Translations under genes and position numbers: made by a program
Assembly: GCA_038043465.1 (NCBI GenBank)
Contig: JBBTBX010000011.1
Location: 42,204 to 106,203, forward strand
Direction of reading: 5' to 3'
Length of the DNA: 64,000 nucleotides
Source: Pseudomonadota bacterium
GTDB taxonomy: Bacteria; Pseudomonadota; Alphaproteobacteria; Rickettsiales; SXRF01
Notes under the pieces: model-generated
The model's input: the letters and a program-made list of their open reading frames with translations, nothing else
Database searches by the model: none
Told to the model about the DNA's origin: nothing
Shown: positions 10,069-20,479 of the stretch, in pieces
Position numbering within the stretch: the stretch's first letter is position 1
Layout: every line of letters starts with the position of its first letter

Positions 10069-11630
10069 AACTTCACCTGCTTCACGCTCGGAAGCTTGCC
10101 AATTTCTGCCAGCACTTCTTGAGAAACGGACTGATCAACTTCTACCAGCGCAATTGCTTCGCTGCCAGCTTCGTTGCGTCCTAGATGGAAATAAGCAATA
10201 TTGATTCCATTTTTGCCGAGCAAAGTACCAAGGCTACCGATAAATCCTGGTTTATCATCATTATTCACATACAGGGTTTTTGTCCCCAAGCCAGCTTCCA
10301 ATTTAATGCCGTTTACTTCCACAATACGTGGTTTGTCAGCAAACAAAGTTCCAGCTACAGTACGTGTGCGCTTTTCAGTAACCACAGTGATGCGAATCAA
10401 GGTTTGGTAATCCCCTGCCCGTTCATGGCTGGTAGCAGAAACTTCAATCCCACGCTCAGTAGCGATCACAGGCGCATTCACCATATTCACACCCTCGATA
10501 AGCGGTGAGAGCAAACCTTTAAGCGCAACAGCAGTCAGCGGTTTAGTGTTTAGTTTTCCGGCCTTGCCTTCATAATCAATCTTTACCTGCTTCAGCCCTG
10601 TTTCGGTAAGCTGTCCAGCGAAGCTTCCAAGTTGGTCAGCTAACTGTAAGTAAGGCTTCAGCTTTGCTGCATCTTCCGCTGACATGGAAGGAATGTTTAG
10701 TGCATTAGTAACAGCACCGGTGGTCAAATAATCTGACATTTGTTCGGCAACTTGAACTGCAACATTTTCTTGCGCTTCTGCGGTCGATGCTCCCAGATGC
10801 GGAGTGCAAATAACCTGTGGCATACCGAACAGTATATTTGTTTTTGCCGGCTCTTCTTCGAACACGTCAAACGCCGCACCCGCAACTTGCCCGCTTTCGA
10901 TCGCAGCTTTAATATCCGCCTCATTCACCAGCCCACCACGCGCGCAGTTAATAACCCGCACTCCTTTTTTGCATTTAGCCAATGAATCTTTATTCAGGAT
11001 ATTTTTTGTGCCTTCGGTAAGTGGTGTATGTAGAGTTATAAAATCAGCGCGTTTGAGCAACTCATCAAGTTCTACTTTTTCAATATGGAGTGCTTCAGCC
11101 CGTTCTTTGGAAAGGAATGGGTCATAAGCCACCACTCGCATTTTTAGCCCCTGCGCGCGGTCGGCAACTATTGAACCGATATTCCCCGCACCAATCAAAC
11201 CCAGAGTTTTACCAGCTAATTCTACACCCATGAACCCATTTTTTTCCCATTTACCGGCATGGGTAGAGCTATTAGCCTGTGGAATCTGCCGCGCCAATGA
11301 CATCATCAGCGAAATTGTATGTTCAGCAGTGGTTACAGAATTACCAAAAGGCGTATTCATCACCACCACACCGCTTGCAGTAGCCGCCGGAATATCAACG
11401 TTATCAACCCCAATACCTGCGCGCCCGATAACTTTTAATTTCTTGCCAGCTTTGATAAGCTCTGCAGTAGCCTTAGTTGCTGAACGCACCGCCAGACCGT
11501 CATATTCACCAATGATTTTGAGTATTTCTTCAGGCGATAAGCCCGTCTTAACATCAGCCTCCACCCCGCGTTGCTTGAAAACGTCAATGGCTTGTGTGGA
11601 TAATTTATCGGCAATCAGAACTTTTGGCAT
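10056..11630 (-). CDS. serA: D-3-phosphoglycerate dehydrogenase
   Basis: 524 aa with the NAD-binding GLIGAGNIG motif and a long C-terminal ASB/ACT region. Confidence 0.95.
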   Translation of the reverse strand: MPKVLIADKLSTQAIDVFKQRGVEADVKTGLSPEEILKIIGEYDGLAVRSATKATAELIKAGKKLKVIGRAGIGVDNVDIPAATASGVVVMNTPFGNSVTTAEHTISLMMSLARQIPQANSSTHAGKWEKNGFMGVELAGKTLGLIGAGNIGSIVADRAQGLKMRVVAYDPFLSKERAEALHIEKVELDELLKRADFITLHTPLTEGTKNILNKDSLAKCKKGVRVINCARGGLVNEADIKAAIESGQVAGAAFDVFEEEPAKTNILFGMPQVICTPHLGASTAEAQENVAVQVAEQMSDYLTTGAVTNALNIPSMSAEDAAKLKPYLQLADQLGSFAGQLTETGLKQVKIDYEGKAGKLNTKPLTAVALKGLLSPLIEGVNMVNAPVIATERGIEVSATSHERAGDYQTLIRITVVTEKRTRTVAGTLFADKPRIVEVNGIKLEAGLGTKTLYVNNDDKPGFIGSLGTLLGKNGINIAYFHLGRNEAGSEAIALVEVDQSVSQEVLAEIGKLPSVKQVKLLEF

Positions 11631-11663
11631 ATTTATTTTCCTTACTTTTTCTTGGGGATAATA

Positions 11664-11726
11664 ATGGTTGGTTACTAGTTGCTAGTTGTCAGTTACTGGT
11701 AACTAGTAACCAGTAACTCATAACTT
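11664..11726. repeat. Heptamer tract H2 (9 units) between serC and serA
   Basis: ATGGTTG GTTACTA GTTGCTA GTTGTCA GTTACTG GTAACTA GTAACCA GTAACTC ATAACTT. It abuts the serC stop codon (11727) and contains an 8-bp stem GTTACTGG/CCAGTAAC. Confidence 0.7.
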
Positions 11727-12896
11727 TTACGCTGCTTTCGCCTCGCTGTTTTTCACTTCATTCCATGCATAATCGAGCCATGGCAGAAGTTTTTCAATAT
11801 CTGAGGTTTCCACCGTTGCACCGCCCCATATACGAATTCCGGCAGGAGCGTCACGATACGCGCCGATGTCATAGGCAACGCCTTCTTTTTCAAGGATAGA
11901 TGCAATCTTTTTTGCCGCTTCTGCTTGAGCATCAGCACCTAACGAAGTAAACCAACTATCAGTTATTTTAAGGCAAATAGATGTGCAGGAAATGGTATTT
12001 TTATCTTCCGCTAAAAACGCCGCCCAATTTGATTTGGCAACCCAACCTGCGATAGCTGCAAGGTTAGCTTCCGAACGCTTGATAAGCCCTTTAATTCCAC
12101 CAACAGACTCACTCCATTTTAGCGCATCAATCTGGTCTTCTACACAAAGCATAGATGGCGTATTGATGGTTTCTCCTTTGAAAATTCCATCAATCAATTT
12201 TCCAGCTTTTGTCATCTGGAAAATCTTTGGCAGCGGCCAAGCCGGTGTATAACTTTGCAGGCGTTCTACAGCGCGTGGCGATAGCGCAATCATTCCGTGC
12301 GCGGCTTCTCCACCCAGAACTTTCTGCCACGACCAGGTAACAACATCCAGCTTATCCCACGGCATATCCATAGCAAATACCGCCGAAGTCGCATCACAAA
12401 TCGCAAGCCCTTCACGATTAGCAGGAATCCAGTCACCATTCGGCACGCGTACACCTGAAGTCGTGCCGTTCCAAGTAAATACAACATCCCTATTCCAATC
12501 GACTTTGGTGAGGTCAGGAAGTTTGCCGTAATCGGCTTTGTATATATTCAGGTCGGTTAGTCTTAGTTGATTTTTGCAATCAGCACCCCAGCCAGCACCA
12601 AAACTTTCCCACGCCAAAATATCCACACCGCGCGCGCCAAGCAACGACCACATCGCCATTTCAATCGCCCCAGTATCAGAGGCAGGAACAATACCCAGAA
12701 GATAATTATCTGGCATACCCAATATCTTTTTGCTGCGGTCAATCACTTCCGCCAGCTTATTCTTTCCAAGTTTGGCGCGGTGCGAGCGACCAAGCGCGGC
12801 ATCTTTCAGCGCATCAAACGACCAGCCCGGACGTTTGGCGCAAGGACCAGAAGAAAAACAATTATTTAACGGTTTAGATGTTGGTTTCATTAGCAA
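11727..12896 (-). CDS. serC: Phosphoserine aminotransferase
   Basis: 389-aa aminotransferase class V-type sequence, upstream of serA. Confidence 0.9.
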   Translation of the reverse strand: MLMKPTSKPLNNCFSSGPCAKRPGWSFDALKDAALGRSHRAKLGKNKLAEVIDRSKKILGMPDNYLLGIVPASDTGAIEMAMWSLLGARGVDILAWESFGAGWGADCKNQLRLTDLNIYKADYGKLPDLTKVDWNRDVVFTWNGTTSGVRVPNGDWIPANREGLAICDATSAVFAMDMPWDKLDVVTWSWQKVLGGEAAHGMIALSPRAVERLQSYTPAWPLPKIFQMTKAGKLIDGIFKGETINTPSMLCVEDQIDALKWSESVGGIKGLIKRSEANLAAIAGWVAKSNWAAFLAEDKNTISCTSICLKITDSWFTSLGADAQAEAAKKIASILEKEGVAYDIGAYRDAPAGIRIWGGATVETSDIEKLLPWLDYAWNEVKNSEAKAA

Positions 12897-12915
12897 TATT
12901 CCTTATTATTGTTAC

Positions 12916-12999
12916 TCGTCATTGCGACCCCGCACTTGTTGCGGGGGAAGCAATCCAGCAAAAAAAGTGGATTACCGTGCCTTCGGCTCGCAATGACGG
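12916..12999. repeat. Nested palindromic element copy R2 (intergenic)
   Basis: CTCGTCATTGCGAC...GAAGCAATCCAG...GTGGATTACC...CTCGCAATGACGG. Confidence 0.85.
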
Positions 13000-13027
13000 A
13001 AATTCAACTAATATCTAGCGACATTTT

Positions 13028-13774
13028 TTATGGCTGGCAAAGGGTTTTTACTGCCTCACACATCATATTTAACTGCTCTGGCTCGGAAAGGCGGTGATTG
13101 CCGTCCTTAACAAGGGTGAGCCTAGAATTTTTTGAGGTAATAAGCTGCAAAAGTTTGGTGGAAACCTGCCACGGGACATCCTCGTCATTAGTCCCATGTA
13201 GCAAGCGAACCGGCATATCCAGCTTTATTTCCTTATCCAGAAGCAGGTGGTTTCTAGCTTCTTCTATCAATCTCAGAGTGATAGGGTACGGTTCTTCACC
13301 ATAACAAGATGGCGCGTAATATACGCCTTCCTTCTGTAAAATTTCCTTTTGCTCGCCGTTTAACCGTTCCCATATCAGTTTTTCCGTAAAATCCGGCGCG
13401 GATGCAATCCCTGCAAATCCTGCTACTTTCTCACGTCTTTCTAATGCACAAAGCAAAGCAATCCAAGCCCCCATGCTGGAACCGACCAAAATATTATTCT
13501 CTGCTCCAAGTTTGTCTATGACCGCCAGCGCATCATCCTTCCAAGCCCCGATAGTTCCTTCCTGAAACTTGCCGGAAGATTTCCCATGTCCGGTATAGTC
13601 AAAACGGATAAAACGCTGCCCCCGCTCTTTACAACTGGCTTCGAGTGCAGTAGCTTTTGAGCCTGTCATATCTGACTTAAACCCACCCATAAATATAACG
13701 CAGGGAAGCGTTCCTTCAGTTAAAACATAAGCTAGGCGATGATTATCAGCTAATTCAAGAAAAGATGGTTGCAT
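13028..13774 (-). CDS. Alpha/beta-fold hydrolase
   Basis: 248 aa with nucleophile elbow GSSMG and a C-terminal His region (DGNHRL). Confidence 0.7.
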   Translation of the reverse strand: MQPSFLELADNHRLAYVLTEGTLPCVIFMGGFKSDMTGSKATALEASCKERGQRFIRFDYTGHGKSSGKFQEGTIGAWKDDALAVIDKLGAENNILVGSSMGAWIALLCALERREKVAGFAGIASAPDFTEKLIWERLNGEQKEILQKEGVYYAPSCYGEEPYPITLRLIEEARNHLLLDKEIKLDMPVRLLHGTNDEDVPWQVSTKLLQLITSKNSRLTLVKDGNHRLSEPEQLNMMCEAVKTLCQP

Positions 13775-13832
13775 ATACTCTCATTTATATGTTTTTATGT
13801 GATAAATCATACAAGTCATAATAAATAAGCCC

Positions 13833-14969
13833 ATGAATTACAAGCCACCTGTGATATTACAAGTTTTACCAGAACTACGCAGCGGCGGTGTAGAGCGTGG
13901 GACTATCGAAATTGCCAGTGCTATAGTTAAAGCTGGCGGAAAATCAATGGTAGCATCTTCCGGCGGGCCCATGACCAGCCAGTTGCAAAAGATAGGCGCA
14001 ACTCATATTCAATTACCACTTGCCAGCAAAAATCCAATTATTATGTGGATAAATTCACTGAGGCTTGCCCATATAATTCGTAAACATAAAATAGATATAA
14101 TACACGCCCGCTCTCGTGCACCCGCATGGAGCGCATGGTTAGCAGCGCGAAAAACCGGATGTCATTTTGTCACCACATTTCATGGAACTTATGGGCTGAA
14201 AGGTAAATATAAAAAGCAATATAACAGCATAATGACAAGGGGCGAGAGAGTTATTGCCGTTTCACATTTCATTGCTAATCACATACAGGAAAATTATGAA
14301 ATAGACCCACAAAAATTACGTATTATTCATCGTGGCGTTGACTTAAACCTCTTTAATCCTGGGAGACATTCTACTGGGCATATGATTGAATTAACCAGCG
14401 AATGGCGATTACCGGAAGAATATCCGGTGATTCTTTTTCCCGGTCGTTTTGCCCGCTGGAAAGGGCAGGAAATATTCGTTAAAGCCCTTGCCCGCATGTC
14501 ACACCGCAATTTCTTCGCAGTTATTCTTGGTGATGATAAAGGGCATGAATCATACCGCGAGGAAATCGAGAAACTCATTATGGATTCTGATCTTGGCGGT
14601 CACGTCCGTATTGCTAGACATACGCATCATATAACCGAAGCATATATGTTGGCAAAATTAGTAGTTGCCACTTCTATTGAGCCGGAAGCCTTTGGCAGGG
14701 TTGTGTTAGAGGCGCAGGCAATGGGTAAACCGGTGATAGCAACCAATCATGGTGGGCCTCAGGAAACGGTAATTGATAAGGAAACCGGTCTGCTTATTGC
14801 GCCGGGTGATGCGGAGGCTCTGGCAGAAGCTATTGAGAGTGTGCTTGCCATGCCCGATGATTTACAAAAACAGGTAGAGCGCGATGCAATGGCGAATGCC
14901 CAGTTATTTTCATTGGAAAAAATGTGTGATCAGACTATTCGTGTTTATCTTGAATTGCTTAATCTATAG
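13833..14969 (+). CDS. Glycosyltransferase family 4 (GT-B)
   Basis: 378 aa with the C-terminal motif EPEAFGRVVLEAQAMGKPVIATNHGGPQE, typical of GT4. Confidence 0.8.
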   Translation: MNYKPPVILQVLPELRSGGVERGTIEIASAIVKAGGKSMVASSGGPMTSQLQKIGATHIQLPLASKNPIIMWINSLRLAHIIRKHKIDIIHARSRAPAWSAWLAARKTGCHFVTTFHGTYGLKGKYKKQYNSIMTRGERVIAVSHFIANHIQENYEIDPQKLRIIHRGVDLNLFNPGRHSTGHMIELTSEWRLPEEYPVILFPGRFARWKGQEIFVKALARMSHRNFFAVILGDDKGHESYREEIEKLIMDSDLGGHVRIARHTHHITEAYMLAKLVVATSIEPEAFGRVVLEAQAMGKPVIATNHGGPQETVIDKETGLLIAPGDAEALAEAIESVLAMPDDLQKQVERDAMANAQLFSLEKMCDQTIRVYLELLNL

Positions 14970-14979
14970 GAGAAGGATA

Positions 14980-15537
14980 ATGCCACTAAGAACCGTAGAC
15001 GCAAAAACACTAAAGCAATGGCTTGATAATGGAGAAGCTGTATTGGTTGATGTACGCGAACCGGCAGAGAATAAAGCACAAAATATAAAAGGCTCGTTTT
15101 TGCTGCCGCTTTCTGAGGTGAATAAATCATCATTGCCTGATTGCAGCGGGAAAAAGTTGGTTATGCATTGCCGCAAAGGCGGACGTGGTGGGTCAGCCTG
15201 TGAAAAATTGCTATCTGAAGATCCTGCTCTTGAAATTTATAATCTTGAAGGTGGGATTACAGCATGGGAAGAAACAGGATATCCCATAAACGATTCTGGA
15301 AAGTTTTTTCTGCCATTAGATAGGCAGGTTCAGATAACCATAGGTATTGGTATTTTAGCAGCAAGCTTATTAGGATATTTTGTCAGCCCGTCATTTTTTC
15401 TTTTAACAGGATTTTTTGGTGCAGGGCTAACCTTCGCCGGACTGTCTGGCACTTGCGGTATGGCGATGCTGATAGCAAAAATGCCATGGAATCAAGCAAC
15501 CAAAAGTGGCAATAGCTGTTGTATGCTGAAACATTAG
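14980..15537 (+). CDS. Rhodanese domain protein with C-terminal DUF2892-like membrane domain (YgaP-like)
   Basis: Start ATG 14980 follows SD AGGAGAAGG. Active-site loop is CRKGGRG, and the C-terminal hydrophobic segment is GAGLTFAGLSGTCGMAMLIAKMPWN. Confidence 0.7.
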   Translation: MPLRTVDAKTLKQWLDNGEAVLVDVREPAENKAQNIKGSFLLPLSEVNKSSLPDCSGKKLVMHCRKGGRGGSACEKLLSEDPALEIYNLEGGITAWEETGYPINDSGKFFLPLDRQVQITIGIGILAASLLGYFVSPSFFLLTGFFGAGLTFAGLSGTCGMAMLIAKMPWNQATKSGNSCCMLKH

Positions 15538-15543
15538 GTGTTT

Positions 15544-16512
15544 CTATTTCACTTTACTCATTTCCAACATTCGCTCTAATGGTTTTTTTGCGCGTATTAT
15601 AAGGTCTTGTGAGAGTTCGAGTGCTGGAGCGCGGTTTTTCATACAGTTATAAATCTTCTCCAGTGTATTTAGTTTCATATACGGGCACTCATTACAGGAA
15701 ACACAAGCACCAGCCGATTCTCCAGCCACACTAGGAACATCATAAAAAACGCTACCCGGCGAAAGTTTTTTCATCTGGTGGAAAATACCCATTTCCGTCA
15801 GCACTATAAAACTCTGTCCTGGTCGTTCCTGAGTGTAACGTAGCAGTGAAGATGTAGAGCCAATATGCTTTGCATAACGCAGTAGAGTTTCCGGACATTC
15901 AGGATGGGCAATAATATGTGCTTCTGGGTGTAATGTTTTCAATTTAATCAGCTCTTGCTCAGAAAACCTTTCATGCACCATGCATGTACCATCCCAAAGC
16001 AGCATATCTCGTCCGGTTTTTTTATTTAAATACCCACCCAGATATTTATCGGGCGCGAAAATAATTTTCTGTTCTTTGGGAAGCTGGTTAATTATCATTT
16101 CAGCATTGCTGGAGGTAACTATAATATCAGATAAAGCCTTTATTTCCGCAGAACAATTGATATAAGTTATAACCATATGATCGGGATGTTTTGCCTTAAA
16201 TGCAGCAAATTCTTTAGGTGGGCAGGAATCCTCAAGCGAGCAGCCAGCCTTCATATCTGGTATTAGAACCAGCTTATCTGGATTTAATATTTTCGCCCCT
16301 TCCGCCATAAAACGCACACCACAAAATACAATCACATCAGCATTTGTGGTTGCTGCCCGCCTTGCTAATTCCAGTGAATCGCCAACAAAATCGGCCAAGT
16401 CCTGAATTTCATCATCCTGATAATAATGCGCAAGTATAACCGCATTCATCTCACGACGTAGATGATTTATTTCTTCTTCAAAATCTATATTAATCCTGGC
16501 TAAATTATTCAT
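15544..16512 (-). CDS. nadA: Quinolinate synthase
   Basis: NadA-like throughout ([33 protein letters not shown]). Start is set at [10 protein letters not shown] (ATG 16510-16512) rather than the longer ORF that overlaps gpsA. Confidence 0.9.
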   Translation of the reverse strand: MNNLARINIDFEEEINHLRREMNAVILAHYYQDDEIQDLADFVGDSLELARRAATTNADVIVFCGVRFMAEGAKILNPDKLVLIPDMKAGCSLEDSCPPKEFAAFKAKHPDHMVITYINCSAEIKALSDIIVTSSNAEMIINQLPKEQKIIFAPDKYLGGYLNKKTGRDMLLWDGTCMVHERFSEQELIKLKTLHPEAHIIAHPECPETLLRYAKHIGSTSSLLRYTQERPGQSFIVLTEMGIFHQMKKLSPGSVFYDVPSVAGESAGACVSCNECPYMKLNTLEKIYNCMKNRAPALELSQDLIIRAKKPLERMLEMSKVK

Positions 16513-16546
16513 AGTTTCCCGATTATAGCGTAAATCCAACCAAACA

Positions 16547-17551
16547 TTAAATGGTTTCGCTAACAAAAGGCCTCTCTAATAGAGTTTCTATCACATGCTC
16601 AACAGGAGCATCTTCATGCACTATACGGTAGACTGCTTCACAAATAGGCATGGAAACATTATGTTTTCTGGCTATTTTGCATATGGATTCTGAGGAAATA
16701 ACGCCTTCCAGAGCTGTCCTTCCACGGCTACTAAGCAATTCGTCTTTGGCTTTGCCTTGTCCAATAGCTAAACCGAACGACATATTACGTGATTTTTCGC
16801 TGCCGCAGGTAAGAATCAGATCTCCAAGACCAGAAAGTCCCATGAGAGTTTCGTATTTACCGCCATTGGCAACCGTAAAACGACTCATCTCAGCAAATCC
16901 ACGCGTTACCAGTGCGGCACGTGCATTTTCTCCCAATTTCTTTCCTATGGCAATACCACAGGCAATAGCAACGACATTCTTCACAACACCGCCAATCTGG
17001 GTGCCTATAATATCATCGGTCATATACGGACGGAATAAGCGTCCTCCAATGGCATGCATCAGGGTATCCCATAAATTACTATCAGCACAGGCTAGAGTCG
17101 TCGCCGTTGGCAATCCTTTGGCTGCCTCGTCGGCAAAGTTAGGGCCGGAAAGAATGGCTACCGGATTATGCGGTAAAATAGCTTTCACCACATCACTCAT
17201 GAACATAAGGCTTCCGCGTTCAATTCCCTTGCTTGCAATCACGATAATAACATCGGGAGATAGCATATCTGAAATCGATATGCACATAGTACGCAAACCA
17301 TATGATGGCATTGCAAGAATTAAAACATCACTACGACATACGTCGATAAAACGATCAGTAACCTCAATATTAGGATCGATAAAGACAGAAGGTAGATAAA
17401 TGTCATTCATTCTCTTCTGTTTAATAGAAGCTATGACATTGTTATTCCTTGTACCCAGAGTAACCTTGCTGCCGGCACGATTAGCAACAATGCTGAGAGC
17501 AGTCCCCCAAGCACCACCGCCAATCACTCCGACTCGACAATTATTCTGCAT
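16547..17551 (-). CDS. gpsA: NAD(P)H-dependent glycerol-3-phosphate dehydrogenase
   Basis: 334 aa with N-terminal [10 protein letters not shown] and a GpsA-like remainder. Confidence 0.9.
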   Translation of the reverse strand: MQNNCRVGVIGGGAWGTALSIVANRAGSKVTLGTRNNNVIASIKQKRMNDIYLPSVFIDPNIEVTDRFIDVCRSDVLILAMPSYGLRTMCISISDMLSPDVIIVIASKGIERGSLMFMSDVVKAILPHNPVAILSGPNFADEAAKGLPTATTLACADSNLWDTLMHAIGGRLFRPYMTDDIIGTQIGGVVKNVVAIACGIAIGKKLGENARAALVTRGFAEMSRFTVANGGKYETLMGLSGLGDLILTCGSEKSRNMSFGLAIGQGKAKDELLSSRGRTALEGVISSESICKIARKHNVSMPICEAVYRIVHEDAPVEHVIETLLERPFVSETI

Positions 17552-17587
17552 ACAAAACGCTGATTACACAATTCACTAAGTATGCCT

Positions 17588-18379
17588 CTATTTTCTATTC
17601 TTTCTGCCTTCTTTTTCTGCGAGTTTTTTCTCGTTAAACACACAGACAATATCATTACCATGACGCAAGGTGAACCGGGCACTTACGCGCTCTATAACTA
17701 TGTAATCACCTCTGGTACGGTAATTAATCATAGCTTCACTGTCATCATCAGCAACCCAGTAAAAAGCGGGAACCTCAGCATTTTTATCAGCAAACTGGAA
17801 GTAAGTGAATTCACCATCATCAAATATCCGCAGAGGAGCTACTTCATCACTACCGGAAATTGTATAGCTTGCATTATATTTTCCCGGCTCGTTTTCAAAA
17901 TCCGGGTCAGGAACTGCGTCAAGGTATGAATGAGAGCCTATGCCATCATTCTTATCGTTATATGTAAAGCGCATTATAAACACCATGTTAGGATCAGTGA
18001 TATCAGCTGCCTCACGCGCTCGCAGCTCAAACAGATAAAGCCTTTTATTGGTAATAAGGGTCATATTAGTGGTTGCATCATTCTCCACCGGCTTAAGGAA
18101 TAATCTGTTCCCGGAAGGATTTATCATCCATGCGGTTGAATCGCCCATAGATATAGTCTTAATCTCTTCATCTTTTTCAAACTCAATAGCTGATTGATAA
18201 CGGTAATGCCCGTCCATTCTAAAAACCTGATCAGGCTGATAAGGTATCACGCGTACACGAGAATCTATGGGAAGAGCGCGCGAATCAATCGCTGCATTAG
18301 CAACATTGCTTCCAAGTATTGAACAAACAACTCCAAGGAAGCTCAACCAGAATCTAACATTAACATTCAAATATTTCAT
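17588..18379 (-). CDS. virB9: Type IV secretion system protein VirB9/TrbG family
   Basis: Signal peptide, then IPYQPDQVFRMDGHYRYQSAIEF...NMTLITNKRLYLFEL, typical of VirB9. Start is at MKYLNV (SD AAGGTG). Confidence 0.8.
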   Translation of the reverse strand: MKYLNVNVRFWLSFLGVVCSILGSNVANAAIDSRALPIDSRVRVIPYQPDQVFRMDGHYRYQSAIEFEKDEEIKTISMGDSTAWMINPSGNRLFLKPVENDATTNMTLITNKRLYLFELRAREAADITDPNMVFIMRFTYNDKNDGIGSHSYLDAVPDPDFENEPGKYNASYTISGSDEVAPLRIFDDGEFTYFQFADKNAEVPAFYWVADDDSEAMINYRTRGDYIVIERVSARFTLRHGNDIVCVFNEKKLAEKEGRKNRK

Positions 18380-18389
18380 AATATACACC

Positions 18390-19127
18390 TTATAAACTCT
18401 CAATGTGGTAGGATGTTACAATAAAACCATATGGCTTAACTTTACCAGTTTCCTTATCTAAACTAATATCTTCGTATATAAAAGCAATATCTACCTTGTA
18501 TTTTTCCTGTTTAATTTGCTGTTCGCCCCTTTTAAGTACGGATTCATACTTCACCCGCATATTATAAAGCTTCCTGCCATTCTCCTTCTCATTACCATTT
18601 TCAAGCTCCTCAGTCGATATAATATTGATTTTTCTTTGAGTGTTACGCTGATACATGGCAACAGGACCATACGGATTAAGAGGAGAAACAAAATCTTCAT
18701 ATTCTTTAAGCACATCAGGTCTGCTTAAATATAGCACCGCATTATGGTCACGATCAAAGAATCTGGCATCATATTCCTCACGAAGCTTAACATAATGCTG
18801 TATCAAATGCCTTCTTAGGGCAAAATCAGGATTCTCCCCGACATAATTAAGCAGGGTTCTAACTTTTGGGTAATCATCAATTATATTATTGGTAGTAACA
18901 ATAAATGGGACATTTATCTTCAGTGGGAATAACGCCATGAAAGCAACCACGCCCATAGCGGTGATAATCAATGATAATGCCGTAATAAACATATACCAGT
19001 AACGATCTGCCATTGGCTCATGCACATCAATATTGAGCATAGTCCGCGCATCACGAAAATATTCGCCACTGCGAACCTTATCAGCAATGGCTACGTATTC
19101 ATCCGGTGTCTGTTCGTTTTTTTCCAT
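18390..19127 (-). CDS. virB8: Type IV secretion system protein VirB8 family
   Basis: 245 aa with a short cytoplasmic N-terminus, a single TM helix (YMFITALSLIITAMGVVAFMALF) and a periplasmic domain. It lies directly upstream of virB9. Confidence 0.75.
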   Translation of the reverse strand: MEKNEQTPDEYVAIADKVRSGEYFRDARTMLNIDVHEPMADRYWYMFITALSLIITAMGVVAFMALFPLKINVPFIVTTNNIIDDYPKVRTLLNYVGENPDFALRRHLIQHYVKLREEYDARFFDRDHNAVLYLSRPDVLKEYEDFVSPLNPYGPVAMYQRNTQRKINIISTEELENGNEKENGRKLYNMRVKYESVLKRGEQQIKQEKYKVDIAFIYEDISLDKETGKVKPYGFIVTSYHIESL

Positions 19128-19344
19128 CTATAACCTAAAAATGCGACTGGATAACTAAATTAAAAACAATTAACAATAACAAACTATTACAAGAAAACAT
19201 AGCAAAAAATATAAATTAAATTTATTTTGTTTAGCAGGACAAACAATTCATGAGATTATAGGAATTTCGTATAAAAACTATTAACTGCAAAAAACAATAA
19301 ATATTTCCTTGGTTTTTATAAAAAATAGCTTAAATATTAACAAT

Positions 19345-20352
19345 ATGACAAAAAAATCTTCTATTTTATCGAAGCAACCAGCCACGCTGGATACAATGTA
19401 CGCGCTCATTGGCGATGACCTTAAGCAAGTTAATGCCTTGATTATTGAACGTGTTAAGAACGAAATACCCCTTATTAATGACGTTGTTAGGCATATAGTT
19501 TCATCAGGCGGCAAACGGATCCGCCCCGCACTCACTCTTATTTGCTCTAAACTTTGTAATTATAATGAAAAGCGTCATATTTCTCTTTCTGCAGCGGTAG
19601 AATTTATCCATACAGCGACATTATTGCATGACGATGTGGTGGATGAAAGCAAACTCCGTCGCGGGTTACCTACTGCCAACGAGATTTTTGGCAATAAAGC
19701 CAGTGTTTTAGTTGGCGATTTTTTACTTAGCCAGGCATTCCAGTTTATGGTTTCTGACGGTTCTCTTAAGGTTCTGAAGATACTATCCGACGCTTCGGCT
19801 ATTATCGCTAAAGGCGAAGTTATGCAATTAATGAGCGAAGGAAATCCTCAGACAAGCATAGATGATTATTTAAGTATAATAACTTCGAAAACAGCGGCGT
19901 TATTTGCTGCAGCCTGTGAATTAGGTGCGGTTGTTTCGGAAAAAATCGAGCATGAGGCAGACTTAAGAAATTTTGGATTAAATATCGGAATTGCATTTCA
20001 GTTGGTTGATGATGCCCTTGATTACGTTGCTGACGAAGAAATTTTAGGAAAAACTGTAGGAGACGATTTCCGTGAAGGGAAAATTACCCTGCCGGTCATT
20101 ATAGCGTATTCCGCTGGCAATAACGAGGAGAAAGCATTCTGGACGCGTACGATGGGCGACCTTGAGCAAACCCATGATGATCTGGATAAAGCAATAACTC
20201 TTCTTGAAAAACATAATGCCATCAGCAAAACCATATCAATGGCAGAATCATACTGTGAAAAAGCTCGCAAATCACTGAGTAATTTCCCGCCATCGCCAGC
20301 GCGCATCGCATTATTTGACCTTGTAGATTTTTGCGTTAGCAGGGCGTATTAA
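19345..20352 (+). CDS. ispB: Octaprenyl/polyprenyl diphosphate synthase
   Basis: DDxxD motifs (LLHDDVVDES, QLVDDALDY). Start is chosen at MTKKSS (ATG 19345). Confidence 0.9.
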   Translation: MTKKSSILSKQPATLDTMYALIGDDLKQVNALIIERVKNEIPLINDVVRHIVSSGGKRIRPALTLICSKLCNYNEKRHISLSAAVEFIHTATLLHDDVVDESKLRRGLPTANEIFGNKASVLVGDFLLSQAFQFMVSDGSLKVLKILSDASAIIAKGEVMQLMSEGNPQTSIDDYLSIITSKTAALFAAACELGAVVSEKIEHEADLRNFGLNIGIAFQLVDDALDYVADEEILGKTVGDDFREGKITLPVIIAYSAGNNEEKAFWTRTMGDLEQTHDDLDKAITLLEKHNAISKTISMAESYCEKARKSLSNFPPSPARIALFDLVDFCVSRAY

Positions 20353-20367
20353 TGTCATCAACATAAT

Positions 20368-20463
20368 TCGTCATTGCGAGGCAAAGCCGAAGCAATCCAG
20401 ACCTCATGAGCGGTAAATTTTCTGGATTGCCACGCATTTTTAAAAAATGCTCGCAATGACGAA
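20368..20463. repeat. Nested palindromic element copy R3 (intergenic)
   Basis: TTCGTCATTGCGAG...GAAGCAATCCAG...CTGGATTGCC...CTCGCAATGACGAA. Confidence 0.9.
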
Positions 20464-20479
20464 TGAACTAACACTTTTA

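Noticed and set aside
11664-11726. Heptamer/octamer tracts as CRISPR arrays or microsatellites
   Set aside because: The units are 7-8 nt with no spacers and are far shorter than CRISPR repeats. The units are not identical, so the tracts are not simple microsatellites. No cas genes are present in the window.
16650-17399. 249-aa plus-strand ORF in the six-frame track
   Set aside because: It lies entirely antisense to gpsA, whose product has clear full-length GpsA motifs. The antisense translation is low-complexity (Ser/Pro/Arg/Ile-rich) with no start context, so it is a shadow ORF.
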